Part shown: positions 36,790 to 50,261 of the stretch, in pieces
Numbering within the stretch: the stretch's first letter is position 1
How the letters are laid out: every line of letters starts with the position of its first letter
Assembly: GCA_951406725.2 (NCBI GenBank)
Contig: OX597825.1
Location: 11,036,001-11,100,000, forward strand
Length of the DNA stretch: 64,000 bases
DNA from: Octopus vulgaris
Lineage: Eukaryota
Direction: 5' to 3'
Made by a program: the position numbers and the translations under genes
The notes under the pieces: generated by a model
Told to the model about the DNA's origin: nothing
Seen by the model: only the letters and a program-made list of their open reading frames with translations
The model's database searches: none

Positions 36790-39360
36790 TTAAAAGATAT
36801 ATGTTTTTTATGGACTTCCAGTAATGCATGTGCAATGATACACAGTAATTGACTGGGGTGTTACCTGCAGCGTACCTACACATATGTGCCCCATTGGCTT
36901 TCTTTCCTCTTAACTTTTAAAAAAATGAATATTTTTTAATGAAATTTTCTATTAGGTCATCTAGTATGAAATTTGTAGAAAAGAAAAGAAAGTTTGCTAA
37001 TGTTTGTTTTATAAATACAAGGAATAGTTTTATTCATCAAAGTATGCATCCATATTGTCAGTACACTTTTGCGATTTCAGCAGTAGCTTGTCCAGCCTGG
37101 AACTGTAAAAGCTTGGCAATCTAGAGTCAATAAAATCTTGGAAGGCCTGTTTTACAGCATCATCGAAATTAAATTTTTTTCCTATCAAAAAGTTATCCAA
37201 ATTCTGGAAGAAGTGGTAGTCAGTGCAGGTGAGTATGGTGGATGATAGAGAACTTCCAACTCCAACTCCTATAGTTTCGCCAATGTCATTTTTGCAATGT
37301 GTGGTCTGGCATTGTGTTGCAGTAAAATAGGAATGGATCTGTTGACTAATCTAGGTTGTTTTTTGTAAGCTTCTGCATCATTTGGTCCATGTTTTTTGTA
37401 AGCTTCTGCATCATTCGGCCATGATTGATGAGCCTGGTTTAATGAAATCATAAAGGATCACACCTGCACCAGACCACGAAACACACACCATCAGCTTCTT
37501 TTGGTGAATTCTGCTTTTCGGACTGTGTTTTGGTGGCTTGTCTTTGTCCAGTCATTGTGCTGAAGGTTTATAGTTGTTTATAGTTGGATCCATTTTTCAT
37601 CACATGTTACAATTCGATTAAAAAATTATTAATTTTTGTGATGGAAATGTAGCATAATGCAGGCTTTCAAACGCTGTTTCTGATTTTCATTGAGTTCATG
37701 TGGAACCCACTTATCCAACTTTTTCATTTTATCAATTTGAACTAAGTGAGTCAATATTGTTTGCTTGCTAACACCAAACAACAACAATAATTCATAGGCA
37801 CTTGGAGGTGGATCTGACTTGACGGTGGCTTTCAGTTCGTCATTATCCACCTTTGCTTCTGGTTGACCGTGTTGCTCATTTGTGCGGTCAAAGTTACCAG
37901 AACAAAATTTTTCAAACCAATTTGATACTGTCTGCTGTGTAATAACATTAGAATGAAATACTCCATTAATATTCCGAGGTGTCTGTGATACTGTATTTCC
38001 AAGAAAGAACTCATATTTCAAAACTGTACAAATTTCTGACTTATCCATCTCTAAACAAAAATAACAAAAAAAAGATTTATAAATACTTTATAAAGTACAA
38101 AATGAGTTATAATAAAAAAAAATAGATGTGTCAGCTTTCTAACAAAAAATATTGTAAAAATATAATAATGGTGCAAAATAAGCAGCTGTCAAAGTTTACC
38201 TCTCTAAAAATTTCATACTTGATGACCTAATACAAATATGTTTCAGATAGTGTAAATTCCAATTATAAGGGAATTTGTTGTGAAAAAATTTTCCAAAAAG
38301 AATGTGATGTATGTCAGTATATATGTAAGGTATTCCACCAATTTTTATTGGCATGCTAAATTTTGAAGTAATCATTATCTATATACTCTGAAAAAGTATC
38401 TGCTGAAATTTTCATTTCAAAAACCCATTTTCCCTAAGGTTATAAGGAACAAGGCTGATGTGTATGAAGCTCCTCTCTCCATTCATCCAAAAACATTTTA
38501 TTCACAACAAATTCTGATATAATCAGAATCTACACCATCTGAAGCATACTTGTGGAAGATTTCATTAAAAAAAAACAACATTTTTCTTGAAGTTAGGAGG
38601 AAATAGTTGGTGGTACACATTTGTGTATGTATATCCACTGCTTTAATATGAGCATCTTTGATTATAATTTTAAAAGATACATGTTTATTATGGACTTCTG
38701 GTAACACATGATATACAATAACAAGCCACAGTGTGGTGTTCATGATCAGACTGCAGTTTTTGTGTAATGTGTAGATTCCAGTAATATAAAAATTTGTTGT
38801 GAAAATATTTTTGTGAGGATAATGAGAGGAGTTTCAGAAAATTTACACGAGTTGGTTTTGTTTCCTCATGCCTTTCAGAAAAATTGATATTTTTTCATGA
38901 AGTTTTCTACAAATACCTTTCAGAATGTATGGATTACAATTATTTTGGAATTTAATATGAGAAAGAATTTGGTGGGATAGCACTTGTACATATATACATC
39001 ATGTATATCTACAAAATGAAACTTAGTTTCGAAAAAATTGTGATGTGTGTCAGTATGTATGTGTGTGTGTGCTCACTATTTTTTTCCACATCAAATTCCT
39101 ATATAATCATAATTTACGCACCCTGAAAGACATTCATAGAAATCTTCATTTAAAAATATCCATTTTCCCAAGAGTTATGAAGAAACAAAGCCAATTTGTG
39201 TGAATTTTATGAAACTCCTCTCCTCATTCTCCCCACCAAGAAATTCCAATATAATTGGAATCTACATCATTTGAGGCATGTTTGTAGAAAATTTCATTTA
39301 AAAATATCTATTTTTCTGGAAGTTACAAGGAAACAGTCAATAAGGCATATTTGTGAATAA
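36790..39360. repeat. Old composite direct/inverted repeat (foldback-like) interrupted by the mariner
   Basis: 36880-36951 joined to 38233-38270 is inverted relative to 38510-38630 and 39245-39355. Direct repeats: 38300-38480 ~ 39030-39230 and 36790-36850 ~ 38670-38730. Confidence 0.6.
36952..38230 (-). mobile_element. Full-length (1279 bp) decayed mariner transposon
   Basis: TIRs TTAGGTCATCTAGTATGAAATTT / AAATTTCATACTTGATGACCTAA with TA TSDs. The transposase starts at 38048 (MDKSEI..., WVPHEL, LLQHNARPH, HPPYS) with stops and frameshifts. Confidence 0.93.
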
Positions 39361-39629
39361 GTAATACTAAGATTACATTGCTATTATATATCAACATATT
39401 GGCTTATTTCAATTCACTTTCATTTAGTATGTAACAAAATTTTATTACATAACTGCATGTTACATATAAACAAAGAATATACTTCTTTCATTTTGTTTAC
39501 ATCAAAAGAGTGACAATAATGTGAATGAGATGAACTTAATTTTTCCCTGCACATAAGCATAAATAGAATAATGGCATTGTGTTTAGTAATGAAAACTAAC
39601 TATATTGAAAATGCATCGTTGTGTGTGTA

Positions 39630-39865
39630 TCTTTTATCTTTTACTTGTTTCAGTCATTAGATTGTGGCCATGCTGGTGCACTGCCTTGAATTTTTAGTTG
39701 AATGAATTGACCGCAGTACTCCTCTTTTAAACCTGGCACTTATTCTATTGGTCTCTATAGCCAACCACTAGGTTACAGGGATGCAAACATACCAACACTG
39801 GTTCTCAAGCAGTGGTAGGGGGACAAACACAGACACAATGACATGCACACATAGATACACACACA
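39630..39865 (-). mobile_element. SINE family A 3' half, degenerate
   Basis: TTTTACTTGTTTCAGTCATT...GGGACAAACACAGACAC. Confidence 0.8.
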
Positions 39866-40006
39866 TGGCATTTTTTACAGACTTTACAGTGTTCACAGAG
39901 CACAGAACAGCAGTCATGATGTTAGCAAGTTGATACCTGGTATGAAACATCTTGATATAAGTAATTTTTTCCCAATATTCAGATGGCTTCCAGTTCTCTA
40001 TGTCAG

Positions 40007-40040
<34 letters not shown>

Positions 40041-40057
40041 GCTGTGTGTATATATAT

Positions 40058-40240
40058 AGGGAGAATTCACAAAAATAAGATGAAGACAGGTGGTGTAGAC
40101 AACAAACAGATGTATTAGTATAATGCTTGAGAAGTGAAAAAATCTTTAACATTTCAAACCTACACTCTTCCACAAAAAGGAACACAGAAAGAAACAATGA
40201 GACAAAATAAAGAAAGTGTAGTGGCTAGCGACCTATATTG
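40058..40240 (-). mobile_element. Hammerhead-bearing short element (same family as 57665), degenerate
   Basis: Reverse complement of 57665-57830. The hammerhead remnant at 40144-40179 reads CTTT TTGTGGA AGAGT gtag GTTT GAAA TG TT AAAG. It abuts (TA)n. Confidence 0.65.
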
Positions 40241-40429
40241 GAAAAAAGTTACCTGTATCATGATGGTTCTTGCCTGGTATCAAAATGCCAACATCATGAC
40301 TGCTGGTTAATTCTATGTGATCACTGTAAAGTCTGTAAAACATGACATGGACAGCTGTAATGAATGTGTTGTATTGAATGTTTTTTTTTTTTTAATAAAT
40401 ATCAATAACTGTCTTGCAAGTTACTTGGT

Positions 40430-40792
40430 TACCTTGCCAGTGTTGGTGCCACATAAAAGCATTTGGAAGGGCATCTAGCTGTAAAAAAATGTGCCAAAAC
40501 AGATTTTGTTTGTGCTGGTACTATGTGAAAAACATCTGCTCCACTCTGTAAAGTAGTTGGCATTAGGAAGGGTATCCAGCTGTAAATACTATGCCAAACA
40601 GACCTTGCTGGTGCCATGTAAAAAGCACCTGGTACACTCTGTAAAGTGGTTGGACATCCAGCCGTGAAAAGCATTCCAAAACAGACAATGGGGCTTGGTG
40701 CAGTCCTCTTGCTTCTCAGTTCCTGTCAAACCATCCAACCCATACCAGCACCCATACCAGCATGGCAGACAAACATTAAATGATGATGATAA
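40430..40792 (+). mobile_element. Family C retroposon with three tandem internal units
   Basis: Repeated GCTGGTGCCA..TAAAAAGCA..CACTCTGTAAAGT..CATCCAGC units and a (GAT)n tail. Confidence 0.75.
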
Positions 40793-42135
40793 TTATAAAA
40801 AAATTCCTGACAAAAGAGGGTTTTAACAACCAATATAAATTTAATTACAGGATTTCTGGATTATTGTTACATTTTATTTTTGTGATGTTCACATTCATAT
40901 ATTTTGTTTTTATACCTCAGGGTTGAAGAAAACCTTTATTCTACTGTTACCCTTTTTCTGCATGACTGCACAATTTTGGTCTAAGTTCTGGATGTTTTCC
41001 TGTATTATTCAAAATTTTCAGGTGATGCATTTTATGGTTATTGCAATTCATTTATTGACAGTAATTCAATAAAGCCAGTCACTTCTAAACACAGCTGAGA
41101 GAAACCCCGATAAGTCAATACAGAACTTGTTTGACTGGGGAGTTTAAAAGAAAATACAATATTTTGTTTATATGAATTCAATATCATTGAGCATCATAGC
41201 TTTGGAAATCTATAATTGTTTACCAAACTACTCATGCATGAATTCTAGTTGCGAGTTAGCTTCAACTACTATTGTTTTAGTATATGTCACATGTTGTGGT
41301 TCAGGATTATATAAAAATGATATTTTTTTATGACAATAAATGTAGAAAAGGTCATCTTTGATCGGGCCAGAACATTATTGCTGTACATCCCTATTATTTG
41401 ATTAGAACATACAACATGAATAATTCAACAGGAAGTAGGGAATGTTTGTGGTCATTTGAAACACATAGTGTGTCATTTAAATTAGATGCACACTAATGGA
41501 TATTACAGTGATCCAAACATATATATTTATTTGCATTTTTTATTAATGTGAAGTTCACATCAGTAATTTTTAGAAGATCATTAAATAAATATTTTCTGTA
41601 TTCTTTTACTTGTTTCAGCTATTGAACTGTTGCAGTCTACCTTCAAGGTCTTTTTCAGTCTATCACATCAAGCCCAGTACTTATCTCAGTCTAGTAGTTA
41701 TTTCATTGATTTTTATTTATTGAACAGCTTTGTTACCTTTCAGCATAAAGGGATATAACTCAACAGAACAGCATACACAGATTTCTACACACACCTTGAT
41801 GTAGAGAACTACATGTCTTCTATTGTATGTGTGTATGTATATAAAAATTAATAAATGACAAAAAGGACAAGTTACTTAATTACCTTCATTAGCTTATAGT
41901 TGTTTCTGCTATAAGAAGTCATGCACTCAGAGCTAGTGCTCATGCAACATTATATAGCTTCCTTGAAGCCATTATAATAAAGTGTATATTTATTTCTGAA
42001 AGCAGTTAAATATATAAAGCTGGTTACATTCAGAACCATGAAATTATATATACCATTGACAGCCTTGTTAGCCTCTCACCCCTCTAACACATATCTCATT
42101 TACCACTCTGTTTCTCATCCTTTACATCACATATA

Positions 42136-42552
42136 GGCGCAGGAGTGGCTGTGTGGTAAGTAGCTTGTTTACCAACCACATGGTTCCGGGTTCAGTCCCA
42201 CTGCATAGCATCTTGGGCAAGTGTCTTCTGCTATAGCCTCGGGCCGACCAAAGCCTTGTGAATGGATTTGGTAGACGGAAACTGGAAGAAGCCTGTCGTA
42301 TATATGTATATATATATATATGTGTGTGTGTGTATATGTTTGTGTGCCTGTGTTTGTCCCCCTAGCATTGCTTGACAACCGATGCTGGTGTGTTTACGTC
42401 CCCGTCACTTAGCGGTTCGGCAAAAAGAGACCGATAGAATAAGTACTGGGCTTACAAAAGAATAAGTCCCGGGGTCGAGTTGCTCGAATAAAGGCGGTGC
42501 TCCAGCATGGCCGCAGTCAAAATGACTGAAACAAGTAAAAGAGTAAAAGAGT
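42136..42552 (+). mobile_element. SINE family A
   Basis: Near-identical to 19797 and 20552. Confidence 0.93.
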
Positions 42553-43357
42553 ATATCTCTTTTTCTCATTTGTCTATCTAGTGCTCATACTGCTATCACC
42601 CACGTCCTTTTCACCCTGCTTGTGTTGCTTGTCTTCTATTCACCATATGTCATCTTCTTTTGCCCATGTCTCTTGCTCATCTTTCACTCACTTCCTCGCT
42701 TTCTCATTTTTCACTGTCCTGTTTCCAGTATGACTGAGGATGGCAGTGGATCTCTTCTGTTTGTTCTACATTACTTCCAGTTAGTGTAACTAAGGATGAT
42801 GTTACATCTATTCTGACCCACTCCCCATCACTTCTTTGTGCTACTCACTATTGTAGAACCTGTTTAGTTTTCATCTGCCATGCCACCATCCTCATCACTC
42901 AACCCTTTTAACTCATCACATTGTCTATGTGTAGCTGGCTACATGGGTTCACTTTTGTCTAGTCCACCCTACCTTCAACTGTTTCTCCTGTACAGCCTAT
43001 CATCAATCCATGTCACTTTGCCTGTGGGCATACTCTTAATACTTTTCTCTTGTACACCCTAAACCACTGCCATTGCTCTATCCCTTGGCTTACATAAACT
43101 TCTGACAGTGACAGTGCCTTTTGTAAAGACTGCACTATAGCAAGCATTCTGGCTAAGTCTCTGATCTAGGTATTTCCCCTCTTCTCACCTCTCATGATAG
43201 ATCTTAAAATGATCATGGTTGCTGCTGCTTTTCTTTTTCTGACAAAATGCTAAAATCTGGTTAAAATGCTAAAGTGTTAAACAGCATTATTCTCACTTGT
43301 CTCATGACAAGTTCTGCAAGGGTCATGAGCTCTGTCCCTTCCTTCAGACTCAGCAAG

Positions 43358-43389
<32 letters not shown>

Positions 43390-43458
43390 CCATCATCATC
43401 GTTTAACGTCCGCTTTCCATGCTAGCATGGGTTATATATATATATATATATATATATA

Positions 43459-43620
43459 CATGGTGGCTGCCCCCTCGTTATCGAGTATGGCCATTGCACG
43501 AAGCTTAATCAATGTTGTTATCGTGCAATGCCTATGCAAGAAGATTTTTTTTTAAAGTGTGGAAAGGCTGTGCACTGAGTCAATCCCACTCACTAAGCAA
43601 CAGCAGCCATAATCCAAAGA
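43459..43620 (-). mobile_element. 5'-truncated copy of the 21361-21771 element
   Basis: Reverse complement of ~21605-21771. Confidence 0.85.
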
Positions 43621-43654
43621 GATATATGTATACATACATATATATACAGTACAA

Positions 43655-43715
43655 GACAATCAGTAAGTTGTCATAATAGGACTCTGAGTCCTATTATGAC
43701 AACTTACTGATTGTC
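43655..43715. repeat. Perfect palindrome, 30-bp arms, 1-nt spacer
   Basis: GACAATCAGTAAGTTGTCATAATAGGACTC t GAGTCCTATTATGACAACTTACTGATTGTC. Confidence 0.97.
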
Positions 43716-43789
43716 CTATACTATACATATATAAATTCCTGTATTTACCTAATATCGAGGTCTCATTCTTTTGTTGTCATTTCATTATC

Positions 43790-44100
43790 ATTACAGCTGA
43801 GGGTCTGTAGCAGACTCCAATCTGATTTGGCATGGTTTCTACAGTTGGATACCCTTCCTAATGCCAACCACTCCGAGAGTGTAATGGATGCTTCTACATA
43901 GGACAGGCATGGGTGCCAGTTATATGACACTGGCATTGGCCACATTGCCTCCTTGAGGCCCAACACTCAAGTGGTGCCTTTTACGTGCCACTGGTACAGG
44001 TGCCAGTTATGTGACACTGGCATTGGCCATATTGTTTTCATGAGGCCCAAGGCTTGAATGGTGCTTTTTACATGACACCAGCACGGGTACCAGTTACATG
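43790..44100 (-). mobile_element. Family C retroposon
   Basis: GGTTTCTACAGTTGGATACCCTTCCTAATGCCAACC plus ~90-bp internal tandem units. Confidence 0.75.
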
Positions 44101-45292
44101 AATATCTAATAACTAATATGGATATATGCCTGATATAAACAATAGATGAGAACAATACACACTTGTGGATTTAATAACAGCCTCAGTTTGAAATTTTGAG
44201 AATGTGGGGCCCTTGAAGAAGGGCAAAGGGTAGAATGGCCTAAACATAATAATTTTAATAACTTAGATAAGGACACAGTATAATAAGGATGATTTTTGTT
44301 AATCACACCACTTGGAAGGAGGAGGAAAAATTCTTGTCAATCAAGTTGTCTGTGACAGAGAGAGAGTTAAGTATCTTGCTTAAGTGCACAGACATAATCA
44401 TATGCTGTAATATATTGGTTGGCATTAAATAAAGCCTTCAGTCATTGCTAATGTTCAAATTTTGCAGGTGCATTAAACTCTTCCCTGCATGGAAGTAATT
44501 GGCATCATGTGGCCCCCTTGTTGTTTTAGATATTGTTCATCTCTGAAACATTTTCTGGTACTACTGAGAAATTAAGAATATATAATTCGTATTATATCTT
44601 GTGAGAAAATCAAAATATCTTTTAGTTTGAAAGTGGAAGAAAATAGACAAATAGAAAAGGGGGTAAAAAGACAAATGAGTTGCAAGTTACAGCTTGTTAA
44701 GTAGTTGATGTCAATTGGTTAGCTGAAATAAACTTGCAATTGTTTCAGTAGAGCAGATAAGCTGAAGAAGGCATTTTGGAGCCGCAACATTCCATTATAA
44801 AATTTATAACAGAATTTCCTCTATAAATAACTTGATATTCAAATTTATCAAGGCTTACATAATTTTCTTAGGTATACATTACATGTAACATTAATTATAA
44901 TAATTTATTGACAAGTTTACCTCATAAATTTTTGAAATATTTCTTTGTAAATTTTTTAGGTGACATTTTCCTGTGTATCATTCATGAGAAAGTCGTGTAA
45001 AGAGAATTTTAATATGTCTAGTATTTAAGCTGTCTAAATTTAGTATAAAATGTTTTACAGTTCATCTATAATATAAAAATATATATTTTCTCATTCTGTG
45101 ATATTTGACCATACATTAATTAGTTTCATGTTATACTTCTTCAGACAACATTTTGTTTTGTATATCATTGTGACTTTACTGCTGGGTCGTTATATTCTCC
45201 TTATTGTTGTCAGCACTACTACCTCTGTGATTAATAGGCTGACCAAGACACTCTCATGGAATAAGATCAAATATTTTTCTACATAGCCCCTC

Positions 45293-45739
45293 TTGTAGTA
45301 AAGATTGTTTGCCAACATAACATGGCAGTCCTGTTTTAGGACTAATGTTGCTGTAATTTAGCCCCAGGAGGCATCGTCTCCAGCTGGCTATAATGACACG
45401 ATCTGTGTCTTACATTTTTGAACAAGGGAATCTAGCATCCCCACTCAACTCAAAACAATATGTGTGTATCACAATATCTGTGTACCCCAGAAATCACGAT
45501 ACACAGATATTGTTTTGAGTTGAGTGGGGATGCTAGATTCCCTTGATCGAATATTTAAGGACACCGATTGTGTTGTATATAATTAAGTCCTACTCAACCA
45601 ATTACCTGAATATTTTTATACACTGCTGTTTATCTTAGATCACTTGCACCCACCTTACATCTTAATGGGGCTAAATTACAGCAACATTAGTCCTAAACCA
45701 GGACTGCCATGTTATGTTGGCAAACAATCTTTACTACAA
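45293..45739. mobile_element. Foldback element with nested inverted arms and a captured local segment
   Basis: Outer arms 45293-45366 / 45666-45739 (74 bp, 1 mismatch) and inner arms ~45390-45470 / 45498-45578. 45580-45667 duplicates 46464-46552. Confidence 0.85.
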
Positions 45740-47059
45740 AGTACTATTGCTGAATATCTCACGTTGTGAGATTTGAAAATAGTAATTTTTTTTTTTATAG
45801 TCCCTCTTATAGTCCTCACACTTCCTCCATTGGTGTTGCAGTGCTTGAATCCCATTGGTGAAGAAGCTTTGTATTATTTTGAAAACTAACACACCTATTA
45901 CAAAATATTCATGTTTTTTATCCATATAACCAGTGTAATTCATACAAAACATTGGGTTGAGATTCATTATTAGATTCTGAATCTGTTTTAAATATAAAAA
46001 TCCCAAAACTGGTTTCTGTACAAAAAAAGCATACAAGATTTAAGTTTTTTTTTTAATGTAATCAGTTTATATGAACAGAAGTATTCAATGCTTGACAATC
46101 CTGTCTCTCGTGGCATCTAAGACATTATCCAATGTGTCCTTCTTTTAAGATGATAGGGTATTATTTGAGAGAGTTTTAGTTGCTATTTTTAGCAGGTTGA
46201 ATGACTATCTAGAGGTGGTTTCCTATAATCTAGATTGGATGTTAAGCTACCAACTCAGTCCCATAAAATAACACAAGTGTTAGAAAGGCCAACGATGCAA
46301 GATATACCAAGTTATATGCACCTTGAAGCAATTGGTCTAAGAATGAAAGAACTTCAATAATTTTGTTTTGGTTCTAATCAAAAATATTTTTTTTCAAACA
46401 ATGAAACACATCATCATCATGGTTGTATATTGTGGCGGTAATTTGCTATTTTACTAATTTTTCTAATTAAGTCCTACTCAACCGATTAGCTGAATATTTT
46501 TATACACTGCTGTTTGTCTTAAATCACTTGCACCCACCCTTACGTCTTAATGTTCGTATCGAATGTCTGCATTGTGTGTATTGAATACTTAGTAGAATTA
46601 TATTCAACTGATATTTATCCAGTCTTGGTAGATTTTCTGCATTCATTGTCCATATTTCATGACCATTCTACATAACACTGCTTACACACATTTCATATAA
46701 TCTTTCTATTGCTTGGAGAAAGAAACACTTTGCTGTCAACTACAGTAATAACTTCTTTTTTCTTTTTGTTGATTGGGTTGGGCTGGAGGAAGGGGTTGTG
46801 CCTAAGGCTTTTGCAGATCTCCTGACGCCAGATTCTTGAATTCCTCTTCAATACTCTAGTTACTATATATTCAGTGCAACCACTTCTATTATTAACTAGG
46901 TAACCAAACCAATAATAGAGTCTCTATGAAGTCACTTATTCTGTCAGAAATATGATTTAAATCTCCCTCAAATCACACCCTATTGTCTTTAAAAAAAAAG
47001 GATACATTAGATAATGGTCTTAGATGCTTCATGTGTGAATCATAAAACAAGGCAATCAT

Positions 47060-47312
47060 GGCTAAAACATCTTTAATTGTATGTCTGAACAGAAAATATT
47101 TACTGTCTCCAACAGAGTTAGGAGGCACAAGCACTTACACACACATGTACACACATGACAATAACTTTGCCTACCAAATTCAATTACAAAGCTTCGGTCA
47201 GCTCGAGGATATAGCAGAAGACACTTGTGCAAGGTGCCATGCAGTGAGACTGAACCCAAAACCATGTGGCTAGGAAGCAAACTTCCTAACCACACAGCCA
47301 TGCCCGTGCCTA
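47060..47312 (-). mobile_element. SINE family A, degenerate
   Basis: GAAGACACTTG...GACTGAACCC..AACCATGTGG...CCACACAGCCA. Confidence 0.75.
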
Positions 47313-47458
47313 CAAAAATGTATATACATATGTGCAGCACTATTTGTGTGGCAAGAGCCGAATGCTCTTCCTGTCCCCAACCCTCACCTGTTGCCTAGTT
47401 TTTTCTCTCTCTGTTAAGAGAATATCTAATTCTAACATTTTTCAGTAAGTATTAATAA

Positions 47459-47623
47459 GGTGCAGGAGTGGCTGTGTGGTAAGTAGCTTGTTTACCAACC
47501 ACATTGTTCCGGGTTCAGTCCCACTGCGTGGGACCTTGGGCAAGTGTCTACTACTATAGCCTCGGGCCGACCAAAGCCTTGTGAGTGGATTTAGTAGACG
47601 GAAACTGAAAGAAGTCCGTCGTA

Positions 47624-47678
<55 letters not shown>

Positions 47679-47885
47679 GTATGTGTGTGTGTGTTTGTGT
47701 GTGTTTATGCTGGTATGTTTATGTCCACGTCACTCAGCGGTTCGGCAAAAGAGACCGATAGAATAAGTACTGGGCTTACAAAGAATAATTCCCGGGGTCG
47801 AGTTGCTCGATTAAAGGCGGTGCTCCAGCATGGCCACAGTCAAATGACTGAAACAAGTAAAAGAGAGTAAAGAGTAAAAGAGTAA
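47459..47885 (+). mobile_element. SINE family A (internal deletion)
   Basis: Same head and tail as 42136. Confidence 0.92.
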
Positions 47886-49560
47886 GTTTTCTTGAGTTTT
47901 ATGTTTCATTTTCATATAAAATTTCACACCTTAAAAGTAAAACTTTTCATGGTGGCTGAAACTTTAGCAATCCTTTCTGTATTTTATATTCATAAAAATA
48001 TTCATCTATTCATTTGGTGGGACATATAACTCTAATTCATTATAAACCATTCCTTCTTTTTATGTCTTCCTTAGTTTTCTTATGCTATAGATACCTTCTG
48101 CTGTCAGCACAAGATTCTTTTTCTTTTGGCTCTGATAGCTCTAATAGTGCATTTACATTGTATGTCCCTACCCGTAAAGATACTTTCCCTTATCATTTGA
48201 AACCTCATCTTTTCTATAACTTTTCTGTGCTCTATTTTCCAGATGTTAATTTTATACATCCACAGATTCGTATATGTCTTATACTTGTTCAGTTTTTATA
48301 GATATTCTACATGCTATGTCCACATCTCCCTACTATGCTGCACCACCTACCGACATAACACTTTACATAGTCTGGTTTTGCTTGGAGAGATAAACCCTTT
48401 GATGTCAACAAAGATAATTGTTTATTAAACTTTTTCCACCCTTTAATATTCTAGTTGCTCCATTATTGACTAGGTGACATAGGTATCTTAAAGAAACTAT
48501 CCATCTTCTATAGAGAGCAAGCCATTTAAAGCATTTTATTAGTCTTCCTACTAACTGATTCTCCTTCATATCTAATTCCTTTGAAGTTCTTTTCTGTTAA
48601 TTGAGTCATTTAGTAGTTCTGTACAAGTACCATCCCACTGTGCTGTATTACTTCAGGTATCATAGTAAACTGTACTTAGCTCTTCCCTATTTTCCTTTCA
48701 TTTCTACTAGCCACAGGTTCAGTCTTTTCTCTCTAAACTAGCATGTACAATATTTGCAAAGAATGATAAATTATTGTATAAAGTAGTTAGACTGTCAATT
48801 CAGTGTTACAGTACATTAAGCACTTTATTACTGAATAGCTCTCTGAATTAGCTAAAATAATTGAAAAGTGAAGACAGTAATGCTGTGCAATCAATATCAA
48901 ATTACCACAATTAAAATGATTTGGTAGACAAAAGTTGAACAATTGCATATTATCGCCTTTCCATACACAATTCAATAATATCTGAAATTATTTTTACAAA
49001 CAATATTGATTGGTTTATGTTTTTGTAACAGAAAAAATTGAATGCAATATCTTGCTATACAGGAATATCTTGTTACATTGAAGGTGATATCTTACTATAC
49101 AGGAATTCACCCACATATCTAGTGGTGGTGATGGTGTTCATGATGATGGCAGTGGTAGTGTTGGCAGATTTAGTGTGTTAATTATTATATATTTCTGGCT
49201 TATTACCATTTTGCATATAAAATATGTGTAGAAATGTTCATTTGCTGACAAAGTGCTTACTTCATCAGGAATATGGCATTTGAATTTACTCCATAATCCA
49301 ACTGTATGTATATGAGCCAATGTGTGTGCCTCTACATAGTTGTCCTACATTCTAGACAGAGTAACTAAATTTTCCCTCAATTTATTTTTTAAAAAAAGAA
49401 CACATTGGATAAGGTAGTCCCAGCTGTATAGGGTGATTGTCATTGAAATGCCTTTGGTCATAGATCTGCTTGGTGTTGTCTTTGGACTAAGCAAGAATTG
49501 TTAGCAGCTTATCACCATATCTGCCATGGTTTCTAGTTTTGATATAATAAAAAAAATTAA

Positions 49561-50052
49561 CATCATCATCATCATCATCATCACCGTTTAACGTCCGCTT
49601 TCCATGCTAGCATAGGTTGGACGAATGACTGAGGGATGGCGAACCAGATGGCTGCACCAGGCTTCAATCTTGATCTGGCAGAGTTTCTACAGCTGGATGC
49701 CCTTCTTAATACCAACCACTCTGAGAGTGTAGTGGGTGCTTTTACATGCCACCGGCATGGGGCCAGTCAGGCGGTACTGGCAACAACTGCGTTCAAATCT
49801 TTTACACATGCCACCAGCACAGGTGCCAGTAAGGCGATGCTGGTAACGATCATGCTCAAATGGTGTCTTTTATGTGCCACCGGCGTGGAGGCCAGATAGC
49901 CACTCTGGCAACGATCATGCTCGGATGGTGCTCTTAGCACCCTACTAGCACGGGGCTCAAGTGCCAGTAAGGTGATGCTGGTAACGATCACGCTCAAAAG
50001 GTGCCTTTTAAGTGCCACTGGCATGGAAGCCGGTTAGCCGCTCTGTCAATGA
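49561..50052 (-). mobile_element. Family C retroposon
   Basis: (CAT)n GTTTAACGTCCGCTTTCCATGCTAGCAT and multiple ~60-bp internal units. Confidence 0.85.
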
Positions 50053-50261
50053 TAATATCACAGGAGATGTTTATATAAACACTATTAATTGGTATTTGTA
50101 AGCAACAGAAGGTTTGCTAATGTTGGTGCTCCTCACCTACCTTGTTTCTTCAAGACTTTCTTAATAATAATAATACATATATTTTTGAGAATTCTTGTAG
50201 AGATACATTTTTTCTAAGGTATAGATTATAATTATGTTAGTGAAAGTTTTATAGCATGTTA

